DNA of 64,000 nucleotides from Octopus sinensis (taxonomy: Eukaryota): positions 97,960,001 to 98,024,000 of the forward strand of contig NC_043005.1 in NCBI RefSeq assembly GCF_006345805.1, read 5' to 3'. Positions 1-11,683 of the stretch are shown here, piece after piece; the first letter of the stretch is position 1; each line of letters begins with the position of its first letter. The notes beneath the pieces are model-generated. The model did not search any database and was not told where the DNA came from. It worked only from the letters and a program-made list of their open reading frames with translations. The position numbers and the translations under genes were made by a program.

Positions 1-214
1 AATTATAATAATAATAATATTAATAATAATAATAGTAGTAGTAGTAATAATAATAATAATAATAATAGTAATAATAATAATAATAATAATAGTAATAATG
101 ATAATAATAATAATAATAATAATAGTAATAATAATAATAATAATAGTAATGATAATAATAATAATAATAGTAGTAATAATAATAATAAAAATAATAATAA
201 TAATAGTAATAGTA

Positions 215-253
<39 letters not shown>

Positions 254-290
254 GTAATCATCATCATTATCATCATCATCATCATCATTT
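1..290. repeat. (AAT)n microsatellite grading into (CAT)n, the tail of the adjacent RTE
   Basis: Direct trinucleotide periodicity with AGT/GAT variants; the poly-Ile ORF 98..292 is an artefact. Confidence 0.95.
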
Positions 291-2767
291 AGCGTCCGCT
301 TTCCATGCTAGCATGGGTTGGACGGTTCAACTGGGGTCTGTGAAGCCAGAAGGCTGCCAACCACTCCGTGAGTGTAGTGGGTGCTTTTTACGTGCCACTC
401 ACACAGGTGCCAGATGGAGCTGGCGAAAGGCCACAGACGGATGGTGCTTTTTATGTGCCACCGGCACGGGGCCCAGGCGAGGCTGGCAATGGCCACGATC
501 GGATAGTGCTTTTTACGTGCCACCGACACGGAGGCCAGTCGGGGCGGGGCTGGCAACGGCCATGATCGGATGGTTCGCTTACTTGTCACCGGCACTGGTA
601 TCACAGCTGCAATTTCCATTGATGTTGATCGACTTTGATTTTGGTTCTGCTTTCTGATATCTGATTTGATTTGGTTTGATTTTGATTTTGATTTTCACTT
701 GCCTCAACGGGTCTACACAAGTGGAGTTTTGTGTCCCAAGAAGGAAGGTATGTATAAGTCGACTGGCTACATACCAGGTAGAGGCCATGGGTTATGGTCT
801 CACTAGTCTTGCTGGGTCTTCTCACGCACAGCATACTTCCATAGGTTTCGGTCTCTAGTCATTTGCTTAGTGAGACCTAAAGTTTGAAGGTCGTGCTTCA
901 CCACCTCGTCCCAGGTTTTCCTGGGTCTACCTCTTCCACAGGTTCCCTCAACTGCTAGAGTGTGGCACATTTGCACACAACTATCTTCACCCATTCTCGT
1001 CACATGACCATACCAGTGCAAACGTCTCTCTTGCACACCACAACTGATGCTTCTTAGGTCCATCTTTTCTCTCAAGGTACTTACACTCTGTTGATTATGA
1101 ACACTGACATTACACATCCATCGGAGCATACTGGCTTCATTTCTTGCGAGCTTACGCATATCCTCAGCAGTCACGGCCCATGTTTCACTACCATGTAGCA
1201 TGGCTGTATGTACACATGCATCATACAGTCTGCCTTTTATTCTGAGCGAGAGGCCTTTTGTCACCAGCAGGGGTAAGAGCTCTCTAAACTTTGCCCAGGC
1301 TATTCTTACTCTAGCAGTTACACTTTCAGCACACCCACCCCCGCTACTGACTTGGTCACCTAGGTAGCGGAAGCTATCAACTACTTCTAGTTTTTCTCCC
1401 TGGAACGTGGTAGAAGTTGTTCTCTGCACATTTTCTGTGTTTATTGCTCCTGAGCATCTGCCACAGACAAAAACTCTTTTCCTAGTTAGCCTTCCTTTGA
1501 CATTGCTGCACCTCTTATGTGTCCATAGCTTACACTTGGTGCACCTTATAGAGTTTCTACCTACACCTCTACTACAGATCGAGCAGGGCCATCTACCTGA
1601 AGACGTTTGTGATTGGTCTACCTTCCTACTTATTAGGACTTTGGTTTTGGCTAGGTTGATTCTAAGGCCCTTTGATTCTAATCCTTGTTTCCACACCTGA
1701 AACTTCTCCTCCAGTTCTGATAGTGACTCAGCAATTAGAGCAAGGTCATCAGCATAGAGGAGCTCCCAGGGGCATCCTGTCTTGAATTCCTCCGTTATTG
1801 CCTGGAGGACTATGATAAATAGGAGGGGACTGAGGACTGAACCTTGGTGGACCCCTACCTCTACCCGGAATTCTTCACTGTACTCGTTGCCAACCCTCAC
1901 CTTACTAGCAGCGTCTCTGTACATGGCTCGCACAGCTCTAACTTACCATTCATCTATACTTGTTTCCTCATTGACCACCAGATAAGGGATCGGGGGACAC
2001 TGTCGAAGGCTTTCTCCATGTCAACAAAAGCCAGGTACAGGGGCTTATCTTTGGCTAGGTATTTCTCCTGCAGCTGTCTTACCAGGAATATAGCATCAGT
2101 AGTACTTTTCCCTGGCACGAACCCAAACTGCATCTCATCTAAGCTAACTCTCTCTCTAATTAGTTGGGCTTTAACCCTCTCCGTAACCTTCATTACCTGA
2201 TCCAGCAGCTTGATACCCCTGTAGTTATTTGTATCTAGGGCGTCACCTTTACCTTTGTAGCAGTTGACTATTATGCTGCTACACCAGTCATTGGGTATGA
2301 CTCCTTCGTGTATCACCTGGTTAACTATGCGGGTAACTAGGCTATAGCCGACACTACCAGATATTTTGAGCATCTCTGCAGTAATTCCTGATGGGCCTGG
2401 GGCTTTCCCTGTTTTCATGCTTGTAATTGCCTTAACTACTAAGGAACTGTCAACTCGGATTGCTGGTCCCTCTGTTGGGTCGACATTCGGCAGACTCTCT
2501 TTATCCCATTCATTTTCCTCATTCAGCAACCTTTCATAGTGGCGTCTCCAAACCTCTCTCTTTGCATCCTCATTTAGCGCAAGTGAACCATCATCCTTGC
2601 GAACACATTTCTCTCCTACCACGTCACCATTCTCTCTCACACACTGTCTTGCAACACGAAATACCTCAAGTCTTTCATCCTCACGGAGCAGAACATTGGC
2701 AAATTTTTTCTTATCTGCTTCCCCTCTGGCTAAATACACCTGCCTCCTAGCTTCCCTTCTGGCAGTA
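290..2767 (-). mobile_element. 5'-truncated RTE-clade LINE (RT region plus 3'UTR) with a frameshift and a stop
   Basis: ORFs 1954..2856 and 803..1933 give RT motifs NYRGIKLL, QFGFVPGKST, FVDMEKAFD, GVHQGSVLSP, YADD, FRYLG and the RTE C-terminus WYGHVTR...GRGRPRKTW. A 1-bp deletion and a TAA near 1935-1955 split the ORF. The 3'UTR (about 800-290) ends in (GAT)n. Confidence 0.95.
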
Positions 2768-2784
2768 ATAATGATAATAATAAT

Positions 2785-2831
<47 letters not shown>

Positions 2832-2833
<2 letters not shown>

Positions 2834-2980
2834 TGGATCACAAAGCCAGAAAGCACTGCTTGGAACTGCTCGAATACTTCGGAAGGTGCTTGAAAAATAA
2901 GGGGTGTTACCTTAGTTCACTGGTAGTGAACAGCTGACACTGTAGTACATCTCCAGCGTTAGAAGCTGTGCGAAGGCAAT
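2832..2980 (+). mobile_element. Short, internally deleted 3' fragment of an R4/Dong-like element (family B)
   Basis: Shares its start ATGGATCA(C/T)AAAGCCAGA and the 3'UTR GTGTTACCTTAGTTCACTGGTAGTGAACAGCTGACAC with the next copy; flanked by AAT repeats. Confidence 0.75.
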
Positions 2981-2991
2981 TATGATAATAA

Positions 2992-3375
2992 TATGGATCA
3001 TAAAGCCAGATGTAGTCTTAATTGAGAAAGAAAACAAACTATGCTGGCAACAAGGTATGTGATAAGGATGAAAGAAAAGTCGAGAGATATAACAGGTTAG
3101 CTTGGGAAGTTGAACAGTTGTGGTCAATGAAAAAGGTAGCAGTAGTACCAATAATTGTCGGAGTCCTTGGAACAGTGAGCTAAAATTTCGAGAGATATGT
3201 GGAATAAATAGGGGCTGCAATAAGAGTGGAGCACTTGCAGAAAACAGCACTACTTAGAACTGTCTGAATACTCTGGAAGGTGCTCGAGAAATAAGAGGTG
3301 TTACCTTAGTTCACTGGTAGTGAACAGCTGACACCATAGTACATCTCCAGCGTCAGAAGCTGTGAAAAGGCAATG
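2992..3375 (+). mobile_element. 5'-truncated R4/Dong-like element, restriction-like endonuclease end (family B)
   Basis: Degraded translation KPDVVLIEKENK...RYNRLAWEVEQLW...VPIIVGVLGTV...LQKTALL..IL.KVL matches the RLE C-terminus; followed by (AAT)n. Confidence 0.8.
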
Positions 3376-3377
3376 AC

Positions 3378-3409
<32 letters not shown>

Positions 3410-5498
3410 GGTGTTTGATAGCATCCCTCGCACATGGATCCTCGAAACACTAGCCATTAACAAAGTTGCACCAACAATTATAAAATACATAGGACACTCT
3501 ATGAATAAATGGCAGACAGTGCTACAGCTCCAAACAAAAGAGGGACTTGTGAAAACCAAAGCCATCCTCATTAGAAGAGGAATATTCCAGGGAGACACGC
3601 TCTCTCCACTCCTTTTCTGCTTGGCACTGTCACCTCTATCTGATATGCTAAATAGAACTGGATGTGGATATAAATGTTACAGCAAAACGATCAGCCCCCT
3701 TTTATATATGGATGACCTAAAACTATATGCTACAAATGACAAACAGCTGGAAACACTACTAAAGACAGTTCATGAATTTACCAAAGAAATAGATATGAAA
3801 TTTGGATTAGAAAAATGCGCCAAAGTAACCCTGAAAAGAGGAAAACTAGTTAGAAGTAGCAACATCTCACTAGATAAAGCCAATGAAATAAGAGAATTAG
3901 ACCAAAGCCAAACTCACAAATACTTAGGAATCCATGAACTAGATAAGACACAACACACACAAATGAAAGAGAAAATAAAAAAAGAATATTATAGATGAGT
4001 TAGATCAATACTAAAAACAGAGATCAATGCTAAAAACAAGATAATAGGTATTAACACTTTAGCCATCCCAGTTATAAGTTACAGCTACAATATCCTTAAC
4101 TGGACAATAATTGAACTGACCAAAATAGATAGGAAAACAAGAAAAATAATGACAGGATCTAGAATGCATCACCCAAAATCTGACATAGAAAGGCTATATA
4201 TACAACATATAGAAGGTGGTAGAGGCCTTATACAGCTGGAAAACTACTATAAAATAACCACCATAGGACTGCAAAAATATCTACTTCAGAAGGAAAGAAA
4301 ACTGATACAAATAGTGACAAAACACGAGCAAAACAAAAAAACTGTTCTCAGTATTTAAGGAAGCTGACAAATACAAACAAGAAATCATACCACCTAACAA
4401 ATATGAAGAAGAAGAAGAAGAAGAAGAAGAAGAAGAAGAAGAAGAAGAAAGAAGAAGAAGAAGAAGAAGAGAAGAAGAAGAAGAAAAGAAGAAGAAGAAG
4501 AAGAAGAAGAAAAGAAGAAGAAGAAGAAGAAGAAGAAGAAGAAGAAGAAGAAGAAGAAGAAGAAGAAACAACAAAAACTATAAAACAAATGAAATCCAAA
4601 CTAAAACTAGAACAGCAACAGACCATGATAAAACAATGGTAAGAAAAGCCCCTTCATGGCAAATACTGGACTAAATTAAATGCAAAAGAAAGAGATAAAG
4701 AAAAATTCCAGCAATGGTTGAAAAGCTCAGGACTCAAAGCAGAGACAGAGGGATTTTTAATTGCAGCACAAGACCAAAGCCTCCCCACCAGAAATTACCA
4801 AAAGCATGTAATGAAAAGAAATATAACAAATAACTGCAGAATATGTGGAGATGGACAGGAAACAATAAATCATATTATCTCTGGCTGCCCAGTCCTGGCT
4901 AAGAAGGAATATATTCACAGACATGAAAGAGTTGGAACCTACATACATTGGAAGCTATGCCAACATTATGGAATAACAACAAAAAAAAGATGGTATAGGC
5001 ACACACCAGAAAAGGTCACAGAAAACGAGAAAGCAACCATACTCTGGGATATGCCAATACACACAGATAGAGAAATTAAGGCCAAGAGACCAGTTATAGT
5101 TGTCAGAGATCATGAAGAAAAAAAATACTTTCTAATTGATGTATCAATACCAGCAGATGACAACATGCCTTTAAACTTTCAAAATACAAAGACCTGGAAA
5201 TAGAGGTAACTAGAATGTGGAATCTAAAAACAGAAACAATTCCAATCATAGTAGGTGCATTAGGCATGATAAAAAATATTCAGACAAATACATAACAAAA
5301 ACACCAGGACTTGCAAACACATATAACATACAGAAAATTGCACTACTAGGCACTGCACACATCCTACGCAGAACACTTTCCATACAATAACCATCAGAGC
5401 ATCACAACAAATCACAGCACATACCCAAGGCACACTGAGCTGCGCTCGGTAGTGAAGTAAAAGCACGCTATAAAAATAAAACTACTGAATAATAATAA
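3410..5498 (+). mobile_element. 5'-truncated R4/Dong-clade non-LTR retrotransposon (RT, CCHC knuckle, RLE), pseudogenised (family A)
   Basis: RT motifs RGIFQGDTLSPLLF, LYMDDLKLY, KYLG, GGRGL; knuckle CRICGDGQETINHIISGC; RLE region RP(V)IVV...LIDVSIP...KYKDL...PIIVGALG; stop near 5389; flanked by AAT repeats. Stops near 3998 and 4640, frameshifts near 4345 and 5180. Confidence 0.93.
4404..4568 (+). repeat. (GAA)n expansion inside the Dong ORF
   Basis: About 165 bp of GAA with three short interruptions; flanks read KY-EEE...EEE-TTK. Confidence 0.95.
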
Positions 5499-5589
5499 AA
5501 TCATTTAAGTCAGTTATTCAGCAAGCACCCATGTTTTTAATCCTTTTGATATCAACCTGCCTGAAATCACTCTTGGTTCTGAGATACAA

Positions 5590-5905
5590 GGTAAAGTCTA
5601 CCTTCACTTGTGAATGACCATGGGATTGCACCTAGAAAGTTCCCTTCCAAGGCACAAGTTCACACAAGGTTGCTTATGGAAGACTAACAGTCACCCATGC
5701 ATACCAGCCTCCCCTCTCCATGCCACCAGTGTTATCCAAGGGAAAAGCAAAGGCCAATACAGCTTGGCATTAATGATGTTGCAACTCATTTCTACAGCTG
5801 AGTGAACTGGAGCAACACAAAATAAAGTGTCTTGAACAAGAATGTAACACACAGCCCTGTCTGGGAATTGAACTCCCTACCTCATGATTGTGAGCCCAAC
5901 ACTTC
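5590..5905 (-). mobile_element. tRNA-headed SINE, family 3
   Basis: Minus strand gives a tRNA-like head (GAGTTCAATTCC B-box-like), the central TTGCTCCAGTTCACTCAGCTGTAGAAATGAGTT, and a body shared with 9075-9385 and 15980-16535. Confidence 0.8.
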
Positions 5906-6009
5906 TGTGATACAAACACCCTGTTTTATAGTGAACTACATTAAAACCTTCAATCAAAATTTCTTGGTAATTTATGTTCTAAACACCAGCTGAATAATGA
6001 CAATTTTTT

Positions 6010-6270
6010 TTTTTTCATTTTCATCTAGTTTCAGCTCACTAGCTGTGGCCATGCTGGGGCACCGCCATTCGGTGTTGCTACATGATTTTACTTCACGAAT
6101 GCTTTTTAGCAATTGACATTTGGTACATGAGAGAGTTTGATGCAGCTGCCCTCATCTGCACCTCTTGCCGTGAAGTTGGTTCACCTTGGACACCTGACAG
6201 GAAGAGGTCCAGCTTTATTTTAAAGACATCTGCATCCACCCCATGCAGGTCTCTCAGGTCCTGCACTAAA
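6010..6270 (-). mobile_element. 3' end of a CR1/L2-group LINE
   Basis: Minus translation DLRDLHGVDADVFKIKLDLFLSGV..EPTSRQEVQMRAAASNSL resembles the LINE C-terminal FK..LD.FL..VPDEP motif; short 3'UTR and A-rich tail. Clade assignment is from memory. Confidence 0.65.
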
Positions 6271-6524
6271 GTCTTTATAATTTCCAGAAAGAAATTGAAG
6301 CAAAGACAGTATGTTTCAACAGAAATATGGTAACAGAAGGGTTCTTCGATATATCACCGTGTACATGAAGAGATAACGTGGTTTATGAAACAGGGCTTGA
6401 TAATTTGTGCTGGTGATTTGATAGATGTCTGCTTTGATTGGGTAATCGTAGAATTTTGTTGAACTGTACCAAACGGATGCTAAAACAGCTTAGATACTGC
6501 AAATGCTGCTGCTGCTAATAATTA

Positions 6525-6735
6525 TGTGCTAGTGATGAGGATGATAGCAAACTGATGATGATGATATGGCAGAAGAGGAGGAGGGGAAAAGAAGGATAAT
6601 AATAATGATGGAGATGATGATGATGATGGACAGGATGATGATAATGATAATGATGATGACAATGACGACGATGGCAATGATGATGATGATGATAATGACG
6701 ATGATGATGATGAGGAGGAGGAGGAGGAGGAGGAT
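6525..6735. repeat. Compound (GAT/GAG/AAT)n microsatellite
   Basis: Direct trinucleotide periodicity. Confidence 0.9.
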
Positions 6736-7197
6736 ACAAACATTTTTAGTTCCAAACTGGTGCCAGAGTTCTGGTCTTAAAAAGTATTTGTAAGCCTTAT
6801 TAACTCAGCGATATAAGACATAATTCTATAATGTTTTGGCACTTAGCAGCGTAAATGGAACAAGTTTATTGCACCATGACACTTTGATTTTGTACTGCAG
6901 ACATACAAGTTGCCTTCATATATCATTAAATTGGAGAATACCAATTTGTTTTAATTAGATTCCAGGAAAACCTGTAAGTAACAGTCAATAGCTATCCAAT
7001 TTCTATCCAATCCAATAATTTTGTGTCCTTTCTACAACTTCACTCAAAAGTTCATTCTTCTTGATAATGGAAGATATTTGGAAGTTGTACTTTTGCCCTC
7101 TTGAATCTAAGAGACAGGCAGCATTACAGACCACGGGTAAATCAATGCACTGGACCCTATAATATTCATTTATTGGCAGCAAGTTGCATTGTATATA

Positions 7198-7996
7198 TGA
7201 GGGTGAGTCAAAAAGTAATGCCATTTTGTTTAGGACAGGTATAATTACCAACACAGGAATATGTATCATACATCAAAATGAAGCTGGTCCTCTGTGGATC
7301 ACATCCCTACTTCTCAACATAGTCTCCATTTCTCTCAATAGCAATGTTCCACCTTCGAATGAGAGCATGCATCCCTGCCCAGTAAAATTCTGTTGACTGT
7401 TCTTTGAGCCACTTCTTCACAACCTCCACACTCACCAGATTTAGTGCCTTCGGACTATCATCTCTTTGACTCCACGAAAGAGGTTTTTGAGAGGCAAACA
7501 TTATTCTAATGATGATGAAGTGAAAACTGTAGTGAAGAAGTGGCTCGAAGAACAGTCAACAGAATTTTACGGGGCAGGGATACATGCTCTTTTTCGAAGG
7601 TGGAACATTGGTATTGAGAGAAATGGTGACTATGTTGAGAATTAGGGATATGATCCACAGAGGACCAGCTTCATTTTGATGTATGATACATGTTCCTGTG
7701 TTGGTAATTATACCTATTTCTTTACTACCCACAAGGGGCTAAACACAGAGAGGACAAACAAGGACAGACAAACGGAATAAGCCGATTACATCGACCCCAG
7801 TGCGTAACTGGTACTTAATTTATCGACCCTGAAAGGATGAAAGGCAAAGTCGACCTCGGCAGAATTTGAACTCAGAATGTAACGGCAGACAAAATACAGC
7901 TACACATTTCGCCTGGCATGCTAACGTTTCTGCCAGCTCGCTGCCGTAATTAAACCTGTCCTAAACAAAATGGCATTACTTTTTTACTCACCCTCG
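7198..7996. mobile_element. Fold-back mariner derivative made of two inverted 3' ends, with TA TSD and a nested SINE
   Basis: Termini TA|(T)GAGGGTGAGTCAAAAAGTAATGCC and GGCATTACTTTTT-ACTCACCCTCG|TA. The plus strand from about 7430 encodes SPDLVPSDYHLF...VKKWL...FY..GIHAL..RW...G.YVE. The left arm 7198-7423 is the reverse complement of the right arm. Confidence 0.9.
7716..7945 (-). mobile_element. tRNA-headed SINE, family 2, inserted in the mariner arm
   Basis: Matches 34171-34401; 12-bp TSD GTAATTA(T/A)ACCT at 7704-7715 and 7946-7957. Confidence 0.9.
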
Positions 7997-8419
7997 TAGA
8001 TCAGAATTAAGCCCCTAGACCCATGAGGCCCATGGGCAACTGCCAAGTGAGTTAAAGTCTCAAAACAGCTCTGGGCCCACCCACTAAAGATCCAGGACTT
8101 TGTATTTCTTTACTGGTTGGAGGGCTAGTTTTCAGATGCAATATCTCTTTAGTCTGTCTCTTCTGTGACAATGGTCCCTGCTACCCAGAGTTAGTTGCAT
8201 TTCAACTCCACCCAAATCTGTCTATCTGTCTGTATCACTTTGTCTTGTTACGCATTATGTCTCATTCTCATAGACTCCAGAATAACCACTGTATTTGATG
8301 GCATAAATGATGCACTCCAATTTCAGTAGCACATATTCAGTAAAGAAGTTTTTAGTACCTTGAAAATACATATCAAGCTAAGTAAAACTACTGTCTTCCT
8401 TGTATATAGACTGGCCCTG

Positions 8420-8700
8420 TAAGGTGCCAGTACCACATAAAAAGCACCTGTGCTGGTACTGCATAAATTCACCCATGCCAGTATTGTGCAAGTGCACCCA
8501 TGCTGGTGGCATGTAAAAAGCACCCAGCATACTCTTTTAAGTGGTTGGGGATAGGAAGGGTGTCCAGCCATAGAAATTATGCCACTACAGACAATTGGAG
8601 TCTGGACATCTCTCCAGTTGGCTAGCTCCATGTCAAACCTTTCAATCCATCGTGGAAAACAGAAATTAAATGATGATGATGATTATGATGATGAACATTA
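8420..8700 (+). mobile_element. Degraded RTE 3'-tail copy
   Basis: GCTGGTGGCATGTAAAAAGCACCC...GGAAGGGTGTCCAGC..., ending in (GAT)n. Confidence 0.75.
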
Positions 8701-9074
8701 TGTGATCCTTTGGGGAAAAAAAGTGCTTTGGGGAAAAAAAGTGTCTTATAGATTATCAAAGACAGCAGTACTTTCCCCATTTTCCTTTCAAGAAATAAAC
8801 ATCAAATTTCAAGTGTTGAAGCTGAAGATGAACCACTTCATCTGACAAAGTTTTGGAGGATCTGTAAAGATTATGGGTACTGTTTCTGTCTCCTGACCAA
8901 CATCATAAAAGGTTGGGGGTATGGAGGGAAGGCATCTAATGAATTGAGTCTGTGATGCAGTAGTTTATCTCAAAATCAACCTTGATCCAATAAACCCATG
9001 ATTCTTGTTAAACCAGCTGTATCAAACCAAACTTTTTCTTTTTTCTTTCTATTGTCGGTATAATGTATGTAGGC

Positions 9075-9385
9075 ACAGTGAAGGTGCATGGCTCAGTGGT
9101 TAGAGCATCGAGCTCACAATCAGGAAATAGTGAGTTCAATTCTTGGATTGGACTGTGTATTATTTTATATTGCTCCAGTTTATTCAGCTGTAGAAATGAG
9201 TTACAATGTCACTGGTGCCAAGCCATATCGGCCCTTTTGCCTTTCCCTTGGATAACATCAGTGGTGTGGCTGGTATGCATGGGTGACTGTTGGTCTTCCA
9301 TAAACAACATCACCCAGACTTGTGCTTTGGAGGAGAGCTTTCTAGGTGCAATCCCATAGTCATCCATGACCGAAGGGGGTCTTTA
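9075..9385 (+). mobile_element. tRNA-headed SINE, family 3
   Basis: A-box-like GGCTCAGTGGTTAGAGC and B-box-like GAGTTCAATTC; body shared with 5590-5905. Confidence 0.8.
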
Positions 9386-10085
9386 CTCTTTACCTTTTTA
9401 ATGTATGAAGAGGACTTTATAATCAATGTAACCTTCATACCTTTTTCTTTTAAGATGGAAAAGGGTGATTTTAAGGAAATTTGGTTGCAATTTCTAGCAG
9501 GCAGAGTGACTGAGTAGAGATTCCTATCAGGTTTGAGAAAACTAGTTGCTGGCAGTTATTTAATCCAGTTGTAATATATTCATTGTCTGACTTGCAAGAC
9601 AATCAATAAATAGCTAGGTTTCATGATTTCAATTAATTAATAAAAAAGCGGGTTCTTTATTTTTTTTCTTTTCTTTTGTTGTTGATTGAATATTTAGTCA
9701 GAAAACGAAAGGCTTTAGCTTTGACCTTTGCAAACTCTCCAAGGCAACTGAAATTGTTTTGTGGAAATGTATTTGCGATAATTATAAAGTGGTGTATTAA
9801 ATTGAGATTTAATTAGATAACTTTAGCACCACAACAGCCAGCATAAATAACAATATTGCTTTTTGACTATTCACAAAGCTTTAGGTGGGAATGGACCCAA
9901 TGTAGAGGCATTCATTGAGTATTGACCGACAGCACTATCTGGAGATAAGAGAACAGTTGTAGACATGTGCTTCTATATATTTTTATATACACATGCACAC
10001 ACACACACACACACACACACATTTATATATTTACAAATGCACATACATATACACTTACATTATACTTACATTTTTAACATTTATA

Positions 10086-10260
10086 CAGGGTGTCCCAAAA
10101 GAATGTATACACACTTTAACAGCTGGTACCTCAATTTTTGTTTCTTTTTAGATTTAACCCTTTAGAAATAATGAAGGGAGCCACACTAAGCTTCCATCAG
10201 AGGAAATTTATTACTTTTAAATAAAATGGTTCAATTAACTGCCACAATTGTACCTACTGG
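10086..10260 (+). mobile_element. Possible Tc1/mariner terminal fragment
   Basis: TA|CAGGGTGTCCCAAAA is a typical Tc1-like end; the only partner is a weak one near 10445-10455. Confidence 0.35.
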
Positions 10261-10569
10261 GGGTCCAGGGATCTGCATATTGAACTGAAATATTTTGAAA
10301 ATAAAGGAAGGAAGTGATCAACCAGGGAAAGCAAAAGAAGAATACTTAATAATAATTCTAAATCCAAAACTAAACCAAAAATAGCCAACATTGCTACTAA
10401 AAAGGAATTCATCATATATTATAAATATATATATACTTTATCGGGGTCACCCTGTGCACCCATAGGCAAAACTTAGAGGAGCAAAGGACTAATACAACCA
10501 GTCTAACATATATCATTAGTCTCTAGAATGGTACTGAGGAATCTTTTTTCCAAAAGTCAAAACTAAACA

Positions 10570-10692
10570 GTGTGTGTGTGTGTGTGTGTGTGTGTATTTA
10601 CATATATTAGATATATTGAAAGAGTTCAAGAAAACACATACACACACACAAACACACACACACATATACACACACATACATACATACATATA

Positions 10693-10748
<56 letters not shown>

Positions 10749-10877
10749 GTGTGTGTGTGTGTGTGTATACACACATACATGTATGTGTATATGCTTGTAT
10801 ATAGAGAAAAATTGACAAACTAGTTGTAATGTGGAAGTTATGTAATGAAATATCAATTTATGCACACAGAAGCACAT

Positions 10878-10930
<53 letters not shown>

Positions 10931-10945
10931 CACACACACTCACTC
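10570..10945. repeat. (TG/CA/TA)n microsatellite cluster
   Basis: Direct dinucleotide periodicity. Confidence 0.9.
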
Positions 10946-11113
10946 CTACACACACTTAGACATTCAGGTATATACATACATTGGTAAGAGAAGGCACAAG
11001 CTTACACAGGCACAGTCTTGCATTTAGAAAGAAAGGAGTCATGAGAAGTTCTGATATAAATGCTTATTTTTACTTTTACTGTAAGATTTTCTAACCACTT
11101 TCAGATACCCACC

Positions 11114-11435
<322 letters not shown>

Positions 11436-11489
11436 AATATTTTATTTATTTATTTAGACTAAGCACGTGGCCATTTTTTTTTATGAGTG

Positions 11490-11649
11490 TATCTAGGTAT
11501 AGTGAAATGAATTTATACAAGAAGACTGCTGCTAATTTTATTGATCCCGAAAGGATGAAAGACAAAGTCAAACCTGGTTTCATTTTGATCTCAGAACATA
11601 GAAGCAAAAATCGAAATACCGAGGAATATTTAATCTGGTTTAGTGCTAT

Positions 11650-11683
<34 letters not shown>

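Noticed and set aside
7003-7269. C-type-lectin-like NYWIG motif
   Set aside because: Spacing to the upstream motif is wrong, a stop follows immediately, and there are no usable splice sites.
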